This document shows, one piece after another, positions 18,001 to 29,100 of a DNA stretch of 64,000 nt (within the stretch, counting starts at the first letter, position 1; the number at the start of each line of letters is the position of its first letter). A program made the translations under genes and the position numbers. The stretch covers positions 34,596,001-34,660,000 of the forward strand of contig OZ024742.1 of NCBI GenBank assembly GCA_964016885.1, given 5' to 3'. Below the pieces are notes generated by a model. It searched no databases, was not told where the DNA came from, and saw only the letters and a program-made list of their open reading frames with translations. The stretch is from Eledone cirrhosa (taxonomy: Eukaryota).

Positions 18001-21000
18001 ATACCAGTATCACCTTATACATGTACAGTTATACTCCACTGTTGGTATGTCGTATATACCAGTATCAGCTGATACATGTACAGTTATACTCCACTATTGG
18101 TATACCGTATATACCAGTATCACCTGATACATGTACAGTTATACTCCACTGTTGGTATACCGTATATACCAGTATCACCTGATACATGTACAGTTATACT
18201 CCACTGTTACTATGCCGTATATACCAGTATCAGCTGATACATGTACAGTTATACTCCACTATTGGTATGCCGTATATACCAGTATCACCTGATACATGTA
18301 CAGTTATACTCCACTGTTGGTATACCGTATATACCAGTATCACCTGATACATGTACAGTTATACTTCACTGTTGGTATGTCGTATATACCAGTATCAACT
18401 GATACATGTACATTTATACTCCACTGTTGGTATACCGTATATACCAGTATCACCTGATACATGTACAGTTATACTCCACTGTTGGTATGCCGTATATACC
18501 AGTATCACCTGATACATGTACAGTTATACTCCACTGTTACTATGCCGCATATACCAGTATCACCTGATACAAGTACAGTTATACTCCACTGTTGGTATGC
18601 TGTATATACCAGTATCACCTGATACATGTACAGTTATACTCCACTGTTGGTATACCGTATATACCAGTATCACCTGATACATGTACAGTTATACTCCACT
18701 GTTGGTATACCGTATATACCAGTATCACCTGATACATGTACAGTTATAGTCCACTGTTGGTATACCGTATATACCAGTATCACCTGATACATGTACAGTT
18801 ATACTCCACTGTTTATATACTGTATATACCAGTATCACCTGATACATGTACAGTTATACTCCACTATTGGTATACTGTATATACCAGTATCACCTGATAC
18901 ATGTTCAGTAATACTCAACTGTTGGTATACTGTATATACCAGTATCACCTGATACATGTACAGTTATGCTCAACTGTTGGTATACTGTATATACCAGTAT
19001 CACCTGATACATGTACAGTTATACTTCACTGTTGGTATACCGTATATACCAGTATCACCTGATACATGTACAGTTATACTCCACTGTTTATATGCTGTAT
19101 ATACCAGTATCACCTGATACATGTACAGTTATACTCCACTGTTGGTATACTGTATATACCAGTATCACCTGATACATGTACAGTTATACTCCACTGTTGG
19201 TATACTGTATATACCAGTATCACCTGATACATGTACAGTTATACCCCACTATTGCTATACCGTATATACCAGTATCACCTGATACATGTGCAGTTATACT
19301 CACCTGTTGGTATACTGTATATACAAGTATCACCTGATACATGTACAGTTATACTCCACTGTTGGTATACTGTATATACCAGTATCACCTGATACATGTA
19401 CAGTTATACTCCACTGTTGCTATACCGTATATACCAGTATCACCTGATACATCTACAGTTATACTCCAATGTTGGTATGCCGTATATACCAGTATCACTT
19501 GATACATGTACAGTTATACTCAACTGTTGGTATATTGTATATACCAGTATCACCTGATACATGTACAGTTATACTCCACTGTTGGTATACTGTATATACC
19601 AGTATCACTTGATACATGTACAGTTATACTCCACTGTTGTTATACCGTATATACCAGTATCACCTGATACATCTACAGTTATACTCCACTGTTCGTATAC
19701 CATATATACCAGTATCACTTGATACATGTACAGTTATACTCCACTGTTAGTATGCCGTATATACCAGTATCACCTGATACATGTACAGTTATATTCCACT
19801 GTTAGTATGCCGTATATACCAGTATCACCTGATACATGTACAGTTATACTCCACTGTTGGTATACTGTATATACCAGTATCACTTGATACATGTACAGTT
19901 ATACTCCACTGTTAGTATGCCGTATATACCAGTATCACCTGATACATGTACAGTTATACTCCACTGTTAGTATTCCGTATATACCAGTATCACCTGATAC
20001 ATGTACAGTTATACTCCACTGTTGGTATACTGTATATACCAGTATCACCTGATACATCTACAGTTATACTCCAATGATGGTATGCCGTATATACCAGTAT
20101 CACCTGATACATGTACAGTTATACTCCACTGTTGGTATACTGTATATACTAGTATCATTTGATACATGTACCGTTATACTCCACTGTTGATATACCGTAT
20201 ATACCAGTATCACCTGATACATGTACAGTTATACTCCACTGTTGGTATACTGTATATACCAGTATCACCTTATACATGCACAGTTATACTCCACTGTTGG
20301 TATACTGTATATACCAGTATCACCTGATACATGTAGAGTTATACTCCACTGTTACTATGCCGTATATACCAGTATCACCTGATACATGTACAGTTATACT
20401 CCACTGTTGGTATGCCGTATATACCAGTATCATTTGATACATGTACAGTTATACTCCACTATTGATATGCTGTATATACCAGTATCACCTGATACATGTA
20501 CAGTTATACTCCACTGTTTATATGCCGTATATACCAGTATCACCTGATACATGTACAGTTATACTCCACTGTTGATATACTGTATATACCAGTATCACCT
20601 GATACATGTACAGTTATACTCCACTGTTGGTATACTGTCTATACCAGTATCACCAGATACATGTACAGTTATACTCCACTGTTGCTATACCGTATATACC
20701 AGTATCACCAGATACATGTACAGTTATACTCCACTGTTGCTATACCGTATATACCAGTATCACCAGATACATGTATAGTTATACTCCACTGTTGGTATAC
20801 TGTATATACCAGTATCACGTGATACATGTACAGTTATACTCCACTGTTGCTATGCCGTATATACCAGTATCACCTGATACATGTACAGTTATACTCCACT
20901 GTTGGTATACTCTATATACCAGTATCACCTGATACATGTACAGTTATACTTCACTGTTGGTATGTCGTATATACCAGTATCAGCTGATACATGTACAGTT

Positions 21001-21091
21001 ATACTCCACTGTTACTATACCGTATATACCAGCATCACCTGATACATGTACAGTTATACTTCACTGTTGGTATGCCGTATATACCAGTATC
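1..21091. repeat. 55-bp tandem satellite array (~380 monomers, open at window start)
   Basis: Consensus GATACATGTACAGTTATACTCCACTGTTGGTATACCGTATATACCAGTATCACCT repeats head-to-tail with point variants and rare 1-2 bp deletions; ends abruptly at 21091. Confidence 0.99.
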
Positions 21092-21211
21092 CATAAGAGA
21101 AATCCTACAGGTATGTTGATTACTAATGTTGATTACATGGAAGTAATTAAAGATGAAAATAATATTCTAATATTTTATTACTTGGAAATAACTACATAAA
21201 TTTCGTTCTTG

Positions 21212-21281
21212 TATTTGTTTTGCAAGATTTCTTATCTGAAACCGTGTGTTGAAACAAATCTTGTTATTCTTTGGGATGGTC
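21212..21281 (+). repeat. Dispersed repeat fragment homologous to 55328-55399
   Basis: tatttgttttgcaag...gtgtgttgaaacaaatcttgttattctttgggatggtca aligns with tatttgttttgcaag...gtgtgtcgaaacaaatattgttatactcggggagggtca. Confidence 0.7.
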
Positions 21282-21493
21282 AAAACACGTACCTGTTAGT
21301 TTTCACTTCATTTTATCATAAACTCCCTGTTGATTTGTGTCTTTCCTTTATTCTATCCTACATCATCTAGATTTAATGAGCTGTGAGCTGTGTGTACTTG
21401 GACTGCGCATGACTTATATATGGGTTGTGCGTCTGTGTTTCTGTGTGTTTATCTATATATTTACATGCTTATTTACCTGTCATTAGTTGATTG

Positions 21494-21754
21494 ATGAAGG
21501 CGCATGGTTTAGTGGTTAGAGCATTGGTCTTGCAATCGAAAGGTTGTGAGTTCAATTCTCGGACCGGGTGGTGTGTTGTTTCCTTGAATAAGACACTTTA
21601 TTTCACATTGTTCCAGTTTACTCAGCTGTAGAAATGAGATAATAGGACTGAGGTCCCTATCATTAAATTAGCCAAGACACCTCCAACGAGATATACCTTG
21701 GAGGAGGCCAGCTGAACCTGCATAGGTGTGAGCTGTCACACACACAGTCACACG
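21494..21754 (+). mobile_element. tRNA-derived SINE with CORE-like body, structured 3' tail and (CA)n end
   Basis: A-box tggtttagtgg, B-box gagttcaattc, then cttgaataagacactt. Flanked by a 13-bp TSD with one mismatch (cattagttgattg 21481-21493 / cattagttggttg 21755-21767). Second copy at 42387-42647. Confidence 0.9.
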
Positions 21755-22199
21755 CATTAGTTGGTTGCGCGTTCTATCTGTGTGTATTTCGTTTATTTTA
21801 TTATTTTGGTTTTTGTGTGTCTTTCTGTGTCTTTATCTTATCCTTAATTACTAGTTGTGATGTTGTTGCTATTCCACTAATGTTCTCTGTTTAGTTTTGG
21901 CTGGAGTTCGTTTATGTTTGCCGCTTCTGTAATCTGTCGGAGCATTGCGTCTGTTCTCTGTGTGGATATGATTTTTATCTCAATGTTCTCTAGTTTACAT
22001 CAACAGGTGAGTGTGTTTTTATAGGAAGGATGGCGCTCCCAAAGCATAATGTCCATCACATATGTACAAATAACACACATGATTAAATCTATGAGTAACT
22101 TTGGTGAAATAACTATCTACAGCGACAAATAAAGGCTTAGAACCCATATGAACCATTTATATGATAGCAATATGATTGAGATAGAAAACACTTTGTTCG

Positions 22200-22352
22200 T
22201 ATGTGTATATGCTTGTGTTTGAAATGTCTTACAAACGGAAATATGTATATATGTATATATGTATATATGTATATATGTGCATATAGACACATATCACCCA
22301 CAATAGTAAGCCAAGTTGGTTTGTATATCTATATATACATATATACATATAT

Positions 22353-22402
<50 letters not shown>

Positions 22403-22443
22403 TTCCGTTTGTAAGACATTTCAAACACAAGCATATACACATA
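22200..22443. repeat. 53-bp perfect inverted repeat around a (TA)-rich spacer
   Basis: Arms 22200-22252 and 22391-22443 are exact reverse complements (…gcttgtgtttgaaatgtcttacaaacggaaat…). Confidence 0.9.
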
Positions 22444-22786
22444 TATGTGTGTGTATGTGCCTGCTAGTATGTGTGTGTATGTGTGTGTAAGTGTGTAAAT
22501 ATATCTATATGCACGTGAGTATTGGGCTGTATATATACGTGTGTGTGTCTGTATTAGCGTACGTGTTAGTCTATGTGTGTCTAGATTTGAGTCTGTGTGT
22601 AACAGACTGTATGTACATGTGTGTGTATCTATATGTGTTAGATTATATGTTGGTAATGTGGATATTACGCAAACTCTAGTTTTACTCTAAAAATAATTTT
22701 GTTCTGAGATGGCGATATAGCATTGTTTCCGTTTGCAGTCAATTAATGTATTTAATCGTTTTTATTTCTATCATGATCAGTGTGCG

Positions 22787-23040
22787 TGTCTGTATATGTG
22801 TGTGAATGTGTGTGTGTGTGTATGTGTGTGTGTTTGTGTGTGTATGTGTGTGTATGTGTGTGAATATGTGTGTGTGTATGTGTGCGTGTATGTGCGTGTA
22901 TGTGTGTGCATGTGTGTGTATGTGTGTGTATGTATGTGTATGTATGTGTGTATGTGTGTGTGTATGTATGTGTGTGTGTATGTGTATGTGTGTGTGTATG
23001 TGTGTGTGTATGTATGTGTATGTATGTGTTTGTGTTTGCG
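22787..23040. repeat. Compound (TG)n/(TATG)n microsatellite
   Basis: Directly visible; source of the CV/HT-rich ORFs. Confidence 0.95.
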
Positions 23041-23109
23041 TGATTAATATTTTTCCGTTCCTAATCAACAAAAACGTTTGTGTATCAAATAGTTGTTGTT
23101 GTTGTTCTT

Positions 23110-26100
23110 GTTGGTAGTGTGTTAGTGGTATTACAGGTGGTGGTGGTTCTGTAGTGTTGGTGATGGTGCTAATGGTGGTGTTGGTAGTGTGTTAGAGGTA
23201 TTACAGGTGGTGGTGGTGGTGGTGGTGGTGGTTCTGTAGTGTTGGTGATGGTGCTAATGGTGGTGTTGGTAGTGTGTTAGTGGTATTACTGGTGGTGGTG
23301 GTGGAGGTTCTGTAGTGTTGGTGATGGTGCTAATGGTGGTGTTGGTAGAGTGTTAGTGGTATTACTGGTGGTGGTGGTGGTGGTTCTGTAGTGTTGGTGA
23401 TGGTGCTAATGGTGATGTTGGTAGTGTGTTAGTGGTATTACTGGTGGTGGTGGTGGTGGAGGTTCTGTAGTGTTGGTGATGGTGCTAATGGTGGTGTTGG
23501 TAGTGTGTTAGTGGTATTACTGGTGGTGGTGGTGGTGGTGGTTCTGTAGTGTTGGTGATGGTGCTAATGGTGGTGTTGGTAGTGTGTTAGTGGTATTACT
23601 GGTGGTGGTGGTGGTGGAGGTTCTGTAGTGTTGGTGATGGTGCTAATGGTGGTGTTGGTAGTGTGTTAGTGGTATTACTGGTGGTGGTGGTGGTGGAGGT
23701 TCTGTAGTGTTGGTGATGGTGCTAATGGTGGTGTTGGTAGTGTGTTAGTGGTATTACTGGTGGTGGTGGTGGTGGTGGTTCTGTAGTGTTGGTGATGGTG
23801 CTAATGGTGGTGTTGGTAGTGTGTTAGAGGTATTACTGGTGGTGGTGGTGGTGGTGGTTCTGTAGTGTTGGTGATGGTGCTAATGGTGGTGTTGGTAGTG
23901 TGTTAGTGGTATTACTGGTGGTGGTGGTGTTGGAGGTTCTGTAGTGTTGGTGATGGTGCTAATGGTGGTGTTGGTAGTGTGTTAGTGGTATTACTGGTGG
24001 TGGTGGTGGTGGTGGTTCTGTAGTGTTGGTGATGGTGCTAATGGTGGTGTTGGTAGTGTGTTAGAGGTATTACTGGTGGTGGTGGTGGTGGTGGTTCTGT
24101 AGTGTTGGTGATGGTGCTAATGGTGGTGTTGGTAGTGTGTTAGTGGTATTACTGGTGGTGGTGGTGTTGGAGGTTCTGTAGTGTTGGTGATGGTGCTAAT
24201 GGTGGTGTTGGTAGTGTGTTAGTGGTATTACTGGTGGTGGTGGTGTTGGAGGTTCTGTAGTGTTGGTGATGGTGCTAATGGTGGTGTTGGTAGTGTGTTA
24301 GTGGTATTACTGGTGGTGGTGGTGGTGGAGGTTCTGTAGTGTTGGTGATGGTGCTAATGGTGGTGTTGGTAGTGTGTTAGTGGTATTACAGGTGGTGGTG
24401 GTGGTGGAGGTTCTGTAGTGTTGGTGATGGTGCTAATGGTGGTGTTGGTAGTGTGTTAGTGGTATTACTGGTGGTGGTGGTGTTGGAGGTTCTGTAGTGT
24501 TGGTGATGGTGCTAATAGTGGTGTTGGTAGTGTGTTAGTGGTATTACTGGTGGTGGTGGTGTTGGAGGTTCTGTAGTGTTGGTGATGGTGCTAATGGTGG
24601 TGTTGGTAGTGTGTTAGTGGTATTACAGGTGGTGGTGGTGGTGGTGGTTCTGTAGTGTTGGTGATGGTGCTAATGGTGGTGTTGGTAGTGTGTTAGAGGT
24701 ATTACTGGTGGTGGTGGTGGAGGAGGTTCTGTAGTGTTGGTGGTGGTGCTAATGGTGGTGTTGGTAGTGTGTTAGTGGTATTACTGGTGGTGGTGGTGGT
24801 GGTTCTGTAGTGTTGGTGATGGTGCTAATGGTGGTGTTGGTAGTGTGTTAGTGGTATTACTGGTGGTGGTGGTGGTGGAGGTTCTGTAGTGTTGGTGATG
24901 GTGCTAATGGTGGTGTTGGTAGTGTGTTAGAGGTATCACTGGTGGTGGTGGTGGAGGTTCTGTAGTGTTGGTGATGGTGCTAATGGTGGTGTTGGTAGTG
25001 TGTTAGTGGTATTACTGGTGGTGGTGGTGGTGGAGGTTCTGTAGTGTTGGTGATGGTGCTAATGGTGGTGTTGGTAGTGTGTTAGAGGTATCACTGGTGG
25101 TGGTGGTGGAGGTTCTGTAGTGTTGGTGATGGTGCTAATGGTGGTGTTGGTAGTGTGTTAGTGGTATTACTGGTGGTGGTGGTGGTGGTGGTGGTTCTGT
25201 AGTGTTGGTGATGGTGCTAATGGTGGTGTTGGTAGTGTGTTAGTGGTATTACAGGTGGTGGTGGTGGTGGTGGTTCTGTAGTGTTGGTGATGGTGCTAAT
25301 GGTGGTGTTGGTAGTGTGTTAGAGGTATTACTGGTGGTGGTGGTGGAGGTTCTGTAGTGTTGGTGATGGTGCTAATGGTGGTGTTGGTAGTGTGTTAGTG
25401 GTATTACTGGTGGTGGTGGTGGTGGTGGTGGTTCTGTAGTGTTGGTGATGGTGCTAATGGTGGTGTTGGTAGTGTGTTAGTGGTATTACAGGTGGTGGTG
25501 GTGGTGGTGGTTCTGTAGTGTTGGTGATGGTGCTAATGGTGGTGTTGGTAGTGTGTTAGAGGTATTACTGGTGGTGGTGGTGGAGGAGGTTCTGTAGTGT
25601 TGGTGGTGGTGCTAATGGTGGTGTTGGTAGTGTGTTAGTGGTATTACAGGTGGTGGTGGTGGTGGAGGTTCTGTAGTGTTGGTGATGGTGCTAATGGTGG
25701 TGTTGGTAGTGTGTTAGTGGTATTACTGGTGGTGGTGGTGGTGGTTCTGTAGTGTTGGTGATGGTGCTAATGGTGGTGTTGGTAGTGTGTTAGTGGTATT
25801 ACAGGTGGTGGTGGTGGTGGTGGTTCTGTAGTGTTGGTGATGGTGCTAATGGTGGTGTTGGTAGTGTGTTAGTGGTATTACTGGTGGTGGTGGTGGTGGT
25901 GGTTCTGTAGTGTTGGTGATGGTGCTAATGGTGGTGTTGGTAGTGTGTTAGAGGTATTACTGGTGGTGGTGGTGGAGGTTCTGTAGTGTTGGTGGTGGTG
26001 CTAATGGTGGTGTTGGTAGTGTGTTAGTGGTATTACTGGTGGTGGTGGTGGTGGTTCTGTAGTGTTGGTGATGGTGCTAATGGTGGTGTTGGTAGTGTGT

Positions 26101-29100
26101 TAGAGGTATTACTGGTGGTGGTGGTGGAGGTTCTGTAGTGTTGGTGATGGTGCTAATGGTGGTGTTGGTAGTGTGTTAGTGGTATTACTGGTGGTGGTGT
26201 TGGAGGTTCTGTAGTGTTGGTGATGGTGCTAATGGTGGTGTTGGTAGTGTGTTAGAGGTATTACAGGTGGTGGTGGTGGAGGTTCTGTAGTGTTGGTGAT
26301 GGTGCTAATGGTGGTGTTGGTAGTGTGTTAGTGGTATTACTGGTGGTGGTGGTGGTGGAGGTTCTGTAGTGTTGGTGATGGTGCTAATGGTGGTGTTGGT
26401 AGTGTGTTAGTGGTATTACTGGTGGTGGTGGTGGTGGAGGTTCTGTAGTGTTGGTGATGGTGCTAATGGTGGTGTTGGTAGTGTGTTAGAGGTATTACTG
26501 GTGGTGGTGGTGGTGGTTCTGTAGTGTTGGTGATGGTGCTAATGGTGGTGTTGGTAGTGTGTTAGTGGTATACTGGTGGTGGTGGTGGTGGTGGTTCTGT
26601 AGTGTTGGTGATGGTGCTAATGGTGGTGTTGGTAGTGTGTTAGTTGTATTACTGGTGGTGGTGGTGGTGGTGGAGGTTCTGTAGTGTTGGTGATGGTGCT
26701 AATGGTGGTGTTGGTAGTGTGTTAGAGGTATTACAGGTGGTGGTGGTGGAGGTTCTGTAGTGTTGGTGATGGTGCTAATGGTGGTGTTGGTAGTGTGTTA
26801 GTGGTATTACTGGTGGTGGTGGTGGTGGTGGAGGTTCTGTAGTGTTGGTGATGGTGCTAATGGTGGTGTTGGTAGTGTGTTAGTGGTATTACTGGTGGTG
26901 GTGGGGGTGGAGGTTCTGTAGTGTTGGTGATGGTGCTAATGGTGGTGTTGGTAGTGTGTTAGTGGTATTACTGGTGGTGGTGGTGGTGGAGGTTCTGTAG
27001 TGTTGGTGATGGTGCTAATGGTGGTGTTGGTAGTGTGTTAGTGGTATTACTGGTGGTGGTGGTGGTGGAGGTTCTGTAGTGTTGGTGATGGTGCTAATGG
27101 TGGTGTTGGTAGTGTGTTAGTGGTATTACTGGTGGTGGTGGTGGAGGTTCTGTAGTGTTGGTGATGGTGCTAATGGTGGTGTTGGTAGTGTGTTAGTGGT
27201 ATTACTGGTGGTGGTGGTGGTGGTGGAGGTTTCTGTAGTGTTGGTGATGGTGCTAATGGTGGTGTTGGTAGTGTGTTAGTGGTATTAATGGTGGTGGTGG
27301 TGGTGGAGGTTCTGTAGTGTTGGTGATGGTGCTAATGGTGGTGTTGGTAGTGTGTTAGTGGTATTACTGGTGGTGGTGGTGGTGGTGGTTCTGTAGTGTT
27401 GGTGATGGTGCTAATGGTGGTGTTGGTAGTGTGTTAGTGGTATTACTGGTGGTGGTGGTGGTGGTTCTGTAGTGTTGGTGATGGTGCTAATGGTGGTGTT
27501 GGTAGTGTGTTAGAGGTATTACTGGTGGTGGTGGTGGTGGAGGTTCTGTAGTGTTGGTGATGGTGCTAATGGTGGTGTTGGTAGTGTGTTAGTGGTATTA
27601 CAGGTGGTGGTGGTGGAGGTTCTGTAGTGTTGGTGATGGTGCTATTGGTGGTGTTGGTAGTGTGTTAGTGGTATTACTGGTGGTGGTGGTGGTGGAGGTT
27701 CTGTAGTGTTGGTGATGGTGCTAATGGTGGTGTTGGTAGTGTGTTAGTGGTATTACTGGTGGTGGTGGTGGTGGTTCTGTAGTGTTGGTGATGGTGCTAA
27801 TGGTGGTGTTGGTAGTGTGTTAGTGGTATTACTGGTGGTGGTGGTGTTGGTGGCTCTGTAGTGTTGGTGATGGTGCTAATGGTGGTGTTGGTAGTGTGTT
27901 AGTGGTATTACTGGTGGTGGTGGTGGTGGTGGTTCTGTAGTGTTGGTGATGGTGCTAATGGTGGTGTTGGTAGTGTGTTAGTGGTATTACTGGTGGTGGT
28001 GGTGGTGGTTCTGTAGTGTTGGTGATGGTGCTAATGGTGGTGTTGGAAGTGTGTTAGAGGTATTACTGGTGGTGGTGGTGGTGGAGGTTCTGTAGTGTTG
28101 GTGATGGTGCTAATGGTGGTGTTGGTAGTGTGTTAGAGGTATTACTGGTGGTGGTGGTGGTGGAGGTTCTGTAGTGTTGGTGATGGTGCTAATGGTGGTG
28201 TTGGTAGTGTGTTAGTGGTATTACTGGTGGTGTTGGTGGTGGAGGTTCTGTAGTGTTGGTGATGGTGCTAATGGTGGTGTTGGTAGTGTGTTAGTGGTAT
28301 TACTGGTGGTGGTGGTGGTGGAGGTTCTGTAGTGTTGGTGATGGTGCTAATGGTGGTGTTGGTAGTGTGTTAGAGGTATTACTGGTGGTGGTGGTGGTGG
28401 AGGTTCTGTAGTGTTGGTGATGGTGCTAATGGTGGTGTTGGTAGTGTGTTAGTGGTATTACTGGTGGTGGTGGTGTTGGTGGCTCTGTAGTGTTGGTGAT
28501 GGTGCTAATGGTGGTGTTGGTAGTGTGTTAGTGGTATTACAGGTGGTGGTGGTGGTGGTGGAGGTTCTGTAGTGTTGGTGATGGTGCTAATGGTGGTTTT
28601 GGTAGTGTGTTAGTGGTATTACTGGTGGTGGTGGTGGTGGAGGTTCTGTAGTGTTGGTGATGGTGTTAATGGTGGTGTTGGTAGTGTGTTAGTGGTATTA
28701 CTGGTGGTGGTGGTGGTGGTGGTTCTGTAGTGTTGGTGATGGTGCTAATGGTGGTGTTGGTAGTGTGTTAGTGGTATTACTGGTGGTGGTGGTGGAGGTT
28801 CTGTAGTGTTGGTGATGGTGCTAATGGTGGTGTTGGTAGTGTGTTAGTGGTATTACAGGTGGTGGTGGTGGAGGTTCTGTAGTGTTGGTGATGGTGCTAA
28901 TGGTGGTGTTGGTAGTGTGTTAGAGGTATTACTGGTGGTGGTGGTGGTGGAGGTTCTGTAGTGTTGGTGATGGTGCTAATGGTGGTGTTGGTAGTGTGTT
29001 AGTGGTATTACTGGTGGTGGTGGTGGTGGAGGTTCTGTAGTGTTGGTGATGGTGCTAATGGTGGTGTTGGTAGTGTGTTAGTGGTATTACTGGTGGTGGT

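Noticed and set aside
1-21091. CRISPR-like array (palindromic repeats with variable segments)
   Set aside because: No unique spacers, only point variants of one monomer; no cas genes; eukaryotic context.
1091-21199. Many MYSYTPLL… ORFs
   Set aside because: They are translations of the 55-bp monomer, open only where a variant removes the TGA; the unit is not a multiple of 3.
21499-21570. Functional tRNA gene (TGC anticodon-like), also 42390-42460
   Set aside because: No acceptor stem or terminator; continues into SINE body and is flanked by a TSD.
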